From the NCBI GenBank assembly GCA_000146465.1, contig CP001950.1: 64,000 nucleotides of DNA. One strand, 5' to 3'. The notes under the pieces are model-generated. The model did not search any database, was not told where the DNA came from, and saw nothing but the letters and a program-made list of their open reading frames with translations. Both the position numbers and the translations under genes were made by a program. Below are positions 1 to 9,013 of the stretch, piece by piece. Position 1 is the first letter of the stretch, and each line of letters opens with the position of its first letter.

Positions 1-149
1 TGAATGCAAGTGAAGAAATTAGTAGTGTCATTCTAAAATTCGGCCTTATTTTACCCATTCCAAGGGTTTATTTATTTGTGTTTTTGAGCAGGTAGGTTTG
101 GCAAAAAACGGGATGAAACCTACATCAAAAAGCGTTTGATCCCTGGAAT

Positions 150-968
150 TTAGGTTATCTTGGTGCAGAAAGGAATAAGGTCTTTGTAATCGTCGGCCCA
201 AAATGGACCGAGAAGTTCGTAAGAATAGAGGATTCTTTTTCCTTCTCTTATGGCCCGTTTTTTCTGGAGCTTCACAGAAAACAAGATTCCGTTTTCAAAT
301 GGATTTTGGGAAAGAATGAAAGGTATACAGAAAGATGAAGATATGGGGATGTTGACTATATAGTCAAACACCAAGGCTATTTCCAGCCCTTTAATGATCA
401 AGAATGATCCTTCTTCTTCAAACACAATCTCATTTCTGATTAGCTCTTTTTTCAGCCCAGCAGTGGCTTTTAGACACGAATCAAACAACAGAAAGTTGTT
501 TTTGAGTTTCACACAAAACTTAGTGTTGTTCTTTTTGTATTCCCTGAACGCTGACTTAATTGCTATGAGATATTCCGAATACATTCTCCTAAAGAGTGGA
601 GATCCATCATTCTTTGTCTCAAGTTCAAAAGGAAATTTGTACATCTTCTGCTCCTGTGCTTGGATTTCTATGTCTGCCATCAGGACCATGGAAGTGAATA
701 TTCCATAAAGAATCTTTTCATCCTCAACTTTAGGCTTTTCCTTGTTTCTTACAAGAAGTTCTTCAAAGATAGCATCTTCCATTCGATTATCTCCAACTGG
801 GCATTCCTCATTGCTTATCTTGATCTTTTTGTACAATGACCGAGATAAAACATCGAACGGATTGTCGCTTACCTTGGATAGGATGTCTATTTTCTCATCT
901 ATCCCGCTACTTCTATTAAGTTTTCCTCCATCTTCATCTTTTACATTATGATTCCAAGTTCCTTCCAT
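150..968 (-). CDS. Hypothetical protein. The track ORF runs 150..1184; the probable start is the internal ATG at 968 (MEGTWNHN...).
   Basis: Long uninterrupted ORF with no recognisable motif. The N-terminal 70 codons of the track ORF overlap the divergent neighbour, and an internal ATG removes that overlap. Confidence 0.45.
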   Translation of the reverse strand: MEGTWNHNVKDEDGGKLNRSSGIDEKIDILSKVSDNPFDVLSRSLYKKIKISNEECPVGDNRMEDAIFEELLVRNKEKPKVEDEKILYGIFTSMVLMADIEIQAQEQKMYKFPFELETKNDGSPLFRRMYSEYLIAIKSAFREYKKNNTKFCVKLKNNFLLFDSCLKATAGLKKELIRNEIVFEEEGSFLIIKGLEIALVFDYIVNIPISSSFCIPFILSQNPFENGILFSVKLQKKRAIREGKRILYSYELLGPFWADDYKDLIPFCTKIT

Positions 969-994
969 GTCTCTGTCAGGCCTATATTTTCCAT

Positions 995-2317
995 TTGATG
1001 TGGAGACGACCTGTATCTTACATTCCTGCTTTATTGAAAATTTTTGCCAAGTCCAAAGACATGCCGGGATTAGTAGGAGGGATACTGGAAGATTATGGGA
1101 ATATTCCACAGAAGATAGGTTTTTTTCTAGGGAAAAGAAACGGAAGTACAATAGAATACATAGTTCAAAATACATCTCTAACATACTCTCAGGTCATGCA
1201 TGGCCTTTCCTTGATGATACAACGTAGACTTGTGAGATACTTTCAGTACGAAAAGAAAGTCCATTATGTGTTGGATGTAGATATGGTATACAGGAGGATG
1301 TATTTTGGAATTTATTGTAATCTCATCGAGGATATGTTTGGAGCAGATGCTGCAGAGAAGTTCATGGAGGTTCTGATAGATGGCTTTTCTAAGGCGGATA
1401 TCTTCTTAGAGGAAAAAATAAGGGAGATTATCGATGCTGGAATGATAATCCCAATAGGAAGAAAGGAAGCAAGTCTACTAGTTGCTGGGGCAAGAGATCC
1501 GACAGAATGGATGAGAAGAGCTAGAATGGAGAAGGAAGAGGAAAAAACGGAAAGAAAAAATCGAAAGACAGAAGAAATCCAAAGGTTTTATATTGTTGAT
1601 TTTGGCCTTCTCGATAGCATATTGATAAATAACATGCTCTTATCCTTTGTTAGGAAGAGATATCTATCTAAGGCTGAAAAGATCTACAGGTCGATTCTCA
1701 AGTGCAATCTAGTCTCGATCGACTCCATAATTGGCAGTTTTGAAGAGGAGACGAGTATTTCTCGGGGGGACATTACTTCATGCATCAAATACTTTAGTAA
1801 CTGTGGGCTGCTTCAAAAGAGCTTGGACTGCTCTGAGACTTATTTCAAGGATGAAGATAGTGTAAAAGAAATTCTTGTGGTTGACATCTTAAACCGGATT
1901 CTATCAGAAAACAGTAAGGAAGGACAGAGGATTTTCAATATGATGCTAGAGTACAAAACACTGGAGGATAAAGATATTGTAATCAAATCTCTTATTCCTT
2001 CTTATATGGTCAAGAAATCACTGATTATGCTTCATTCAAAAGGGTTTGTGGTATTAAAGCGCACGGAATCTGGGGAATCAAAGCCGGTCCTCCAATGGGA
2101 GGTAAACACAGGTCGTGCATCAAAAGTTGTTAGAGAGGAAATTAAAGAAATGCTGGAAGTATCTTGGGCCTCGGTAAACCAGAGGTGGAAATACATAGGG
2201 CTCAATGGAGATGGTGAAGACGAAGGATATAAGGCTCTCGACCATATGTTAGGTTTATCATTAGACTTCTTTATTCTTGGAGTTCGAAATATGGACTTCA
2301 AGTCTGAGATGTTTTGA
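995..2317 (+). CDS. RNA polymerase III subunit RPC82/RPC3-like, with tandem winged-helix domains. The start may be the internal ATG near 1061.
   Basis: The N-terminal segment (...IPQKIGFFLGKRNGSTIEYIVQNTSLTYSQVMHGLSLMIQRRLVRY...YVLDVDMVYRRMYF...) aligns by eye with the conserved N-terminus of RPC3/Rpc82: IVEKIGVHLIRTG...TSLDQVKKALCVLVQHNLVSY...YEAQCSRVLRMLRYPRYI. Confidence 0.5.
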   Translation: MMWRRPVSYIPALLKIFAKSKDMPGLVGGILEDYGNIPQKIGFFLGKRNGSTIEYIVQNTSLTYSQVMHGLSLMIQRRLVRYFQYEKKVHYVLDVDMVYRRMYFGIYCNLIEDMFGADAAEKFMEVLIDGFSKADIFLEEKIREIIDAGMIIPIGRKEASLLVAGARDPTEWMRRARMEKEEEKTERKNRKTEEIQRFYIVDFGLLDSILINNMLLSFVRKRYLSKAEKIYRSILKCNLVSIDSIIGSFEEETSISRGDITSCIKYFSNCGLLQKSLDCSETYFKDEDSVKEILVVDILNRILSENSKEGQRIFNMMLEYKTLEDKDIVIKSLIPSYMVKKSLIMLHSKGFVVLKRTESGESKPVLQWEVNTGRASKVVREEIKEMLEVSWASVNQRWKYIGLNGDGEDEGYKALDHMLGLSLDFFILGVRNMDFKSEMF

Positions 2318-3555
2318 AATTTTTGAAGAATGATTTAGACATCCCAGAAATAATGGCTAAAAGCTTGGAACAAGCACTTCTAAGAATATCCGAGTTGGAG
2401 GAAAAGATAGAAAACCAGCAGATAATAATCGACGCTCTTGTGGCTCGTATGAAAAAAATGGCAGGAAGCGATACGAGTATAGCTTTGGAGAAATGTTGCA
2501 AGGAGCAGGAGGAATGTAATCCTAGAAAGGAAATTTCCCAGGATATGGTACGCCTTGAATTTAGAAAAGAAGAAGGTAAAAAGGACCGAAAGGATGGTCT
2601 GTCTTTTGAGGAGGAGATTGAGGACTTGTTTAGACGGGATAAGGTTCCCAAACAATTCAAAGATACATTTACAATTGAGGCTCTTATATCTTACTCCAAA
2701 GAATCGCACAGCTTTTCATTAAATAGTAGAGTGGATGTGAAGATGAAGAAATCATTCCATACAAATGTTAAGCAGCAGATTGACAAGATTTCAAGACACA
2801 TTATGGTGAATCTAAATACATACGACCTCAACACTATCTGTTCAACACTCAATCTGATTTCGGGAGACCTTGAGTATCAGCATAAGCTGGTGACTGCTCA
2901 TGACATCATCCTTTTCATTGATGACTTTTCAAGGATACCGTTCATTATTTCCGCCTTATTCAACAACCAGGGAATCCGTAACGACGTGTTAGGGGAGACC
3001 ATAAAGGAAATCCTGCTTCACCAATGCATGGTTGATAGCGATATACATAAAAATCATCCCCATATTGTAAGCTATTATAACAAGATAGTCAGTAATTTCG
3101 AACTCCATCCGAAAGAAAAGTCCTTGAAGGACATATGTGCCAACCTAGTTGTAAGTTTCGATGTCTTCGAGAATGGAGCTTTCAATCCGATGATATTTCC
3201 AAGTATGTATTCTGTAAGGGCCCTATGCCATTATATGGACTGGGACTATGCATATAACGAGTTCATATGCACAGTGCTCTACCCGAGGCTGAGGGAAACT
3301 CGCGATCCCCTGTGTGCTATCTACATGTCTACTGTAGCATTGAATGCGATGAGAGTATTTGGAGCCATTGAAAGTGTAGAGCTTGTATTTGAAAAACTCA
3401 AAGAGTTTATGAATGATGCCTCGGACCTATCCATAACCATCTATCTATTTATTAAGCAAATCGATCCCCAGAGAGCCAATGTGTGGTATGAATCACAGGT
3501 GGAGAGGATAAACCATGTCGATGGAGAATATTTGAAAAATCTCCTATTGTATTAA
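2314..3555 (+). CDS. Hypothetical protein with an N-terminal coiled coil
   Basis: 413-codon ORF. The N-terminus has a heptad-like pattern (LEQALLRISELEEKIENQQIIIDALVARMKKM). No family motif recognised. Confidence 0.4.
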   Translation: MKFLKNDLDIPEIMAKSLEQALLRISELEEKIENQQIIIDALVARMKKMAGSDTSIALEKCCKEQEECNPRKEISQDMVRLEFRKEEGKKDRKDGLSFEEEIEDLFRRDKVPKQFKDTFTIEALISYSKESHSFSLNSRVDVKMKKSFHTNVKQQIDKISRHIMVNLNTYDLNTICSTLNLISGDLEYQHKLVTAHDIILFIDDFSRIPFIISALFNNQGIRNDVLGETIKEILLHQCMVDSDIHKNHPHIVSYYNKIVSNFELHPKEKSLKDICANLVVSFDVFENGAFNPMIFPSMYSVRALCHYMDWDYAYNEFICTVLYPRLRETRDPLCAIYMSTVALNAMRVFGAIESVELVFEKLKEFMNDASDLSITIYLFIKQIDPQRANVWYESQVERINHVDGEYLKNLLLY

Positions 3556-3612
3556 TGTGGAAATAAAGTTTTTGGAGTGACACAGAAGTGCGAAATTTTG
3601 TACCCTTAGAAG

Positions 3613-4530
3613 ATGAACAAAGAGGCCTTTGAACGGCTTCCTCAGGAAAAGAAGAAGATCATAGAAACAGCGTACTTCAGTGCTGTGAGGAAGGAAATAT
3701 CCGCGTCCCAGTTTTTTGGAGTTTGTAAAGAAGCACTAACCAAAGATCAGTTTGAAAGTCTGTTTTCAAACAACACGCCTAACAAGGAACAGCAAGAAGA
3801 AATGAAGACAGAGCATCTTCAAGATATTATACAGTACTCCGGAGTAGATTTGAAAGAAGAAGCGGAGCATATTGTCAGAGAGACAGAGACAAACATCAAC
3901 TTTGGAGAATACGAAGAAGAGGATCTAAACAATCAGATAGGAAGTCTGCTAAATATACCTCTATTCAGAGAGTTTGTAGCTAGGATTGGAAACTCAAGAA
4001 GAGTAGGGATTAGTGAAGAGTCGTTTTTTCTTCTTTTTCAAGTTGTTAAGAGGAAGATACTTGATATTGTGGAGAAGATGGAGGAATCTAGCAAATGGAG
4101 GGTTGAGTACAACCTGTCTGAATTTATAATAAGGATAAATAACGACCTTAGCAGACAGCTATGGTGCCTCGAACAGATAGAAAAGGCAGAACTTGAAAAG
4201 TTTACCATTCGAAAGGGAGAGGAGGAAGGAAGGAAGAAGGTTAAAAAAACGATTCAGGAAAGAGAGGATCTGGTGATTAAGAAAAGGTTGAGTAATACGG
4301 TTGCACTGGCGGCTCTTGGAATCCAACAAAAGTCTTGGATGAGTGCAGAAGACGTCCGGGTGAATGAAGAGAGTACAACCTTCAATTCGATCTACTCGCC
4401 GTTTGATGAAAAAGCATTGGAGAGGAAAGTTGTAAACAGAACCATAACGATGAAGGACTTTTTATATGTATTGGAAAGAGATAGGCGATATAACAAATCT
4501 ATTTTTACTATCCAACATTATTTCAGATAG
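3613..4530 (+). CDS. Hypothetical protein
   Basis: 305-codon ORF in the gene-dense region. No recognisable motif. Confidence 0.4.
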   Translation: MNKEAFERLPQEKKKIIETAYFSAVRKEISASQFFGVCKEALTKDQFESLFSNNTPNKEQQEEMKTEHLQDIIQYSGVDLKEEAEHIVRETETNINFGEYEEEDLNNQIGSLLNIPLFREFVARIGNSRRVGISEESFFLLFQVVKRKILDIVEKMEESSKWRVEYNLSEFIIRINNDLSRQLWCLEQIEKAELEKFTIRKGEEEGRKKVKKTIQEREDLVIKKRLSNTVALAALGIQQKSWMSAEDVRVNEESTTFNSIYSPFDEKALERKVVNRTITMKDFLYVLERDRRYNKSIFTIQHYFR

Positions 4531-4602
4531 GGATATTTTTGATTTCCACGTCTGTTCTTTGTTTTATACTTAATTATGGTGGGGATCTAAAAACAGCGAA
4601 GA

Positions 4603-4890
4603 ATGGACAAAGAGAGCCTCGAAAAGTTTGAAGCCCAGATCTCTGTCCTATCTAGCAAGGAGATTGAGAAGGTCATGAAAAGATTGAGCAAGGATGAGTT
4701 TGATGTGTTTATAGAGATTCTAGAGAGGCACAACATGGACTTGGATAGGGATCTTGAACATGGCAAGAATGAGCTCCTACAAAGATTAGAAAACCATAGG
4801 ATTCTTTTTGAGGATGCTTGGAATGCGATTCCCGACGGGGTTAGAAAGCATTTGACGGGATATTATCAATCCATGAATGATATCCTGTAG
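4603..4890 (+). CDS. Small hypothetical protein (95 aa)
   Basis: An ORF that fills the gap between neighbouring genes. Charged and helical. No motif. Confidence 0.3.
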   Translation: MDKESLEKFEAQISVLSSKEIEKVMKRLSKDEFDVFIEILERHNMDLDRDLEHGKNELLQRLENHRILFEDAWNAIPDGVRKHLTGYYQSMNDIL

Positions 4891-4981
4891 AAAGGGTTCT
4901 ATTCGCTTGATAATAGTAAATACCTTTTTACTTACGTTTTTGATATTTGGATGGATTAAAGCCCTTAACCTAAGCCTGCAT

Positions 4982-6016
4982 ATGGAAGACTACATTGGAA
5001 TAAGGCTGTTATTTGAGACGTCCAAAGGAGTAATAAGCGGGATGCTTCGTGCCGTTGATGAGAATTCAGGGAAGCTGATTATTGAAGACATGAATGAAAT
5101 GAAGGATGTTCTTATCGAAGACATTCAAAGGCTGGAGATTGCCGAGGAATCTTCTCCAAATCTTTCTGTAGGACATAACTCCAAAGAGGAAAAAAGGCTT
5201 GAAAACACGCCATCTATCGATGTAGATAGTAAAGGAATGGCAGGAAAAGTCGTTTCTGGAAAGCACTTGGTAGGCTATTCTTCGAGAAAGGAGAACCTTG
5301 ACCTGGTATCTGAGAAATCTAAAAGCGGCCAAACAGACGAAAGCAGAACAAGCTATGAGAATGATGATAATGTTCGATCCTCTAGTAAAGTTGGAAGCGA
5401 CAGAAGAAGAGATGGTTATAATCTGGAAACCTCAGAAGAAGACTACTACCGAATGATGGGAAGGGCATTTAGCTACTTTGGGCCTCTTGAAGAAGAGTTC
5501 TGTTCTATTGCTGCACGTCAAACATACAGAATATTCTCTACATACTTCAATAATTCAAGTCTAAGGGTGGAGGTGTTTGTGGCAGGTGACGATGTCTTTT
5601 CAAGTATAGGGTTTATACTTGGAAGGCTACTTCTACACACAGGGAAGATGTCTTCTATAATATGCAATGAAAATCTCTTGAGGAACACAAGGTATAGACA
5701 GTCCTATCTAAACTCGGGAGGAGTTATTACCAACAGACCTGCCCCGGAGCCAAGCATACACATTTATTCTTGCAATAAATCTTTAGTTCCCGCCTGGGCC
5801 AGGAACAACATAAGAGGATCGATCTATTTGGACATGCCAGGGCACAACTCCGAGGAGAAAGAAACAAAAATAGGTCTTTGTTTTGGGTCAATACCAGCTT
5901 ATCATCGAAGATTCAACGGGATAGTGTACTTTGTCGACATAGAGTATCCAGCTCCTCTTTATGAAGAGTTCGGGCTTCAGAAGCCTACAAGAAGTAAGAT
6001 CCACAAGGTAAAGTAG
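4982..6016 (+). CDS. Enhancer of mRNA decapping Edc3-like, with an LSm-like N-terminus and a YjeF-N domain. The track ORF is 4877..6016; the start is probably at 4982.
   Basis: The N-terminus (GIRLLFETSKGVISGMLRAVDENSGKLIIEDMNEM) resembles an Sm/LSm fold. The C-terminal half (FSYFGPLEEEFCSIAARQT...VFVAGDDVFSSIGFILGRLL...GIVYFVDIEY) has YjeF-N-like spacing. This is the Edc3 domain order. Confidence 0.45.
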   Translation: MEDYIGIRLLFETSKGVISGMLRAVDENSGKLIIEDMNEMKDVLIEDIQRLEIAEESSPNLSVGHNSKEEKRLENTPSIDVDSKGMAGKVVSGKHLVGYSSRKENLDLVSEKSKSGQTDESRTSYENDDNVRSSSKVGSDRRRDGYNLETSEEDYYRMMGRAFSYFGPLEEEFCSIAARQTYRIFSTYFNNSSLRVEVFVAGDDVFSSIGFILGRLLLHTGKMSSIICNENLLRNTRYRQSYLNSGGVITNRPAPEPSIHIYSCNKSLVPAWARNNIRGSIYLDMPGHNSEEKETKIGLCFGSIPAYHRRFNGIVYFVDIEYPAPLYEEFGLQKPTRSKIHKVK

Positions 6017-6021
6017 CTGTT

Positions 6022-7722
6022 TTAATTTTCGATGAAGTTCTCGAAAAACTTGCTCACGCTTAAGGACGGCTCCTCCTCTCCATTGGAATCATAGAGATTC
6101 CTAAGATCCTTACCTTCAATGTTAAGGGATTTAAGGTCCAAGATGTCGTCCACGCTGAACATTTCAAAAGCCTTTTTAAGTTCTACAGAATCAAACAGGG
6201 TATTGTGCATTTCCTTAACTATTAAAAGATAATCTTCTAAGGATATTCTGCCCTCGGGATTCCCAAAAGGAACCATTCCCTCATCCACCGAAAGACCTAA
6301 CTGGCTCAAACACCAGCAAAGATCCATTGGACTTATTCCACATTCATTTTTCTTCACTGCCTTGTTGAACAGAGCAGTGGCACTTTCAAGAATCTTGTCC
6401 TCTTTCTCTCTTTTGCTCAGAATCTTTTCCAAGGTTTCAAGTTTCTTTGCAGCAATATTCTTAAATCCCTCCTTCTGAGTCTTTGTCAAGGGATGTGTAA
6501 AGGTCATCTCCATAAGTCTGCTCTTAAGCTCAGAAGTACCTTGCATCTGTTCCTTCATGTTTTCTCCTTTGGCAAATACATGCTTGAAAAATTCAAATAT
6601 TCTATTTAGAGCATCAAACTCGGATTGGAAGGAAGGATCAAACAACTTCTTGATTTCAATGCTGTTCGCAATGCTCTCCGGATGCAAGGAAGGGAACTCA
6701 AGCTTATCGAGAGACACGTCCTCCGGTGGGAAATATCTTTTTATTCTGTAGAGGTCATGGATTGCGTTTATACTTCCAAAAAGAGAATGAATCTCGGTAG
6801 ACTCATGCATTGCCTTGGAGTTTGTTTCAAGCATTAGTTCAAATGCCTTGTTGAGGCTTCTTATCATCTTGCATACCTCTTTTTTCTGATTACTCAAGTC
6901 TTGTATCAAGGACCTTAAGCTTCTTGCTTTAACCTCATAAAGGTTTCGGGCTTGTATCGACCAGTCCACAGCTTCCAAAACCCCCTTAACTCTGTTCAAA
7001 GCAAGCTTTTCCTTCTCATACTCCTTGAATTTTCTGTAGTATCCAGATACATATGTCATAATACTCTTTTCGTCGGGAATCGATACCTCTGCAATATCTT
7101 CTACATCCAGCAGCTTCTTGATGTTTAGAGACTTCTCTGCAATCCTAAACGCTTGGCTTAAGTTATAGGCCTTTTTTGAAGGCTTAAGCTCATGAAAGTT
7201 TGGAACAAGGTCTGGCCGGAACCTATGGATAATTGCATTGAATGCAAGCCCATCCTGCCAGCTTCGAGAAAAATCAACTACATTTACATTTTTGTATCCA
7301 TTGGTCACTTCCTTGCACCATCTAAGCAATTCGTTTCTTATAGAAAGTTCCCCTGCCTCTGTAATCTCTGCAATAGATAGCCTTAAGATCAAAGACCACA
7401 CAAGTCCTAATATAAGCTTTGGGTTTCCATCAACAATATCAGCTGGCCCTATGTTTATGAGCTTGACTTTCTTTCCTTTTATAAAGGACAGAATCCTCTC
7501 TACGTTTTCCATTTTTTGGATTCTTGTGCATGGGGCCGGGTTGTATTCAACCACATCCTTCTGCAAAGCCGTCAACAAATGTGCAAGCTTCACTCCGTCG
7601 CAAAGATCTTCAAATATATCTCCGATCTCCTTATGCCCTCCCTTCACCAACTTCTCATTCACCCACTTCGTAAACGTTTTCTTTTGGACTTCTTGCCATT
7701 CTTTCTCCTCTTGCTGCGTCAT
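6022..7722 (-). CDS. Alpha-actinin-like actin-binding protein: tandem calponin-homology domains, a spectrin-like rod and an EF-hand-like C-terminus. The track ORF is 6022..7800; an ATG at 7720-7722 gives MTQQEEKEW.
   Basis: Classic CH-domain signature QKKTFTKWVNEKL...LCDGVKLAHLLTAL. A second CH domain follows (LILGLVWSLILRLSI). Then a coiled-coil and a C-terminal EF-hand-like loop (GRISLEDYLLIV). Confidence 0.5.
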   Translation of the reverse strand: MTQQEEKEWQEVQKKTFTKWVNEKLVKGGHKEIGDIFEDLCDGVKLAHLLTALQKDVVEYNPAPCTRIQKMENVERILSFIKGKKVKLINIGPADIVDGNPKLILGLVWSLILRLSIAEITEAGELSIRNELLRWCKEVTNGYKNVNVVDFSRSWQDGLAFNAIIHRFRPDLVPNFHELKPSKKAYNLSQAFRIAEKSLNIKKLLDVEDIAEVSIPDEKSIMTYVSGYYRKFKEYEKEKLALNRVKGVLEAVDWSIQARNLYEVKARSLRSLIQDLSNQKKEVCKMIRSLNKAFELMLETNSKAMHESTEIHSLFGSINAIHDLYRIKRYFPPEDVSLDKLEFPSLHPESIANSIEIKKLFDPSFQSEFDALNRIFEFFKHVFAKGENMKEQMQGTSELKSRLMEMTFTHPLTKTQKEGFKNIAAKKLETLEKILSKREKEDKILESATALFNKAVKKNECGISPMDLCWCLSQLGLSVDEGMVPFGNPEGRISLEDYLLIVKEMHNTLFDSVELKKAFEMFSVDDILDLKSLNIEGKDLRNLYDSNGEEEPSLSVSKFFENFIEN

Positions 7723-7829
7723 CTGGGATAACCCTCTTTTCCAATTATAAAAGTATTGTGAGTCTAGGCAGTCAAGCATAAAATTAACAAAAGAAAACAA
7801 GTCACATATTTTAGTTATGACAGCAAAGA

Positions 7830-8864
7830 CTACACAAAAATAAGCTCATGGACAACCACAGCCTGCGGTATGGTCTCGAAATCCAGCCGGTATAACTCTC
7901 TTGTGATGGTTTTGACATACTCTAAATCGTCTAGTGTTGTAAAAGCCGCTTGGGGATGCAGAACCAGACTGAACAATCCCAACAACGAATCAATGTTCAT
8001 TTCTGTCACTCCAGAGTTCCTGTCAATCATGCTAAGAAGTTCAAAGAGTGAAACAAGCAATTTCCTTTCTGTATCGGTAAATATAAATGGCATGTATGAA
8101 AATAGTGCTTCTCTTGCATGCCGGTCATTTGAGATGATACAGGATCTAATCCTCTCAAAAGCTTCTATGGGAACTAGACCATCCAGATGCTCTCTTATAT
8201 AGTTTTTAAGAGCATTTGCCAGCACTAGAACATCTATACTTTCAATGTCTGTGCATTTGTTTTCATGTAACTGCCTTGCTATTTTTGCAGCACTTAGCTT
8301 GTCTGGCTCATACCTAAAGATAAACTTGGTGGATATTGCTCTTCTCTTTAGCGACTCAATGACGTCAAAGACCATTGGATTGATCTGCCGACAATGTCCT
8401 ATCCTTCTCTTTTTTTGAAAGCAATTCATCCAAGCAAAAAGTGTATTTGTTGTTCTTTTTCTAAATGCATTGCAACAGAACCTGTTAAGCTCGATTTTCT
8501 GTGCAGTGGATAGAAGATCATATCTAAATTCCCGGGACTCTCCTTCAACTCCAATAAACGGAAAAATAGAAGACTTCCTTCTCCCCTGGATGGTTGTTGA
8601 ACTGAAAAGATCTTCATATAGCCGTGCATTGAAGCTTCGAATCGATCCTGGAAAAGAATTATCTTTCAATGATTTTCCTAGGATACGATCGTTCTCCGAA
8701 ATGGGCTGAAGTATGACCTGAGGACTGCACTCTTGAGAACATGTCGAAGATGAAACTCTTGATTCAGGTAGTGACTCATCTGTCCTTGAATATGTTTCTT
8801 CTATTTCCTTCATCTCGGCTATGTTGAAGATCTTTCTTTTCTTTGGAAAATCTCTTAACATCAT
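7830..8864 (-). CDS. RhoGAP-domain protein (probable)
   Basis: The segment KFIFRYEPDK...IDVLVLANALKNYIREHLDGLVPIEAFERI matches the RhoGAP arginine-finger region and the helix pattern (GIFRxSG ... hh.llK.flReLPePL). Confidence 0.35.
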   Translation of the reverse strand: MMLRDFPKKRKIFNIAEMKEIEETYSRTDESLPESRVSSSTCSQECSPQVILQPISENDRILGKSLKDNSFPGSIRSFNARLYEDLFSSTTIQGRRKSSIFPFIGVEGESREFRYDLLSTAQKIELNRFCCNAFRKRTTNTLFAWMNCFQKKRRIGHCRQINPMVFDVIESLKRRAISTKFIFRYEPDKLSAAKIARQLHENKCTDIESIDVLVLANALKNYIREHLDGLVPIEAFERIRSCIISNDRHAREALFSYMPFIFTDTERKLLVSLFELLSMIDRNSGVTEMNIDSLLGLFSLVLHPQAAFTTLDDLEYVKTITRELYRLDFETIPQAVVVHELIFV

Positions 8865-9013
8865 GGGGTTTGTTTATCAACCTTCATAATGTGACGGATA
8901 TAGTCATGGTAATAAGATCTATAATTCATAAAAAGACCTGGTTGAGGTAATACATTAATGAATCCCGCCACCGTAGTATCTACCAGGAGCCCGTTTCAGG
9001 TTTAAAGAAATGA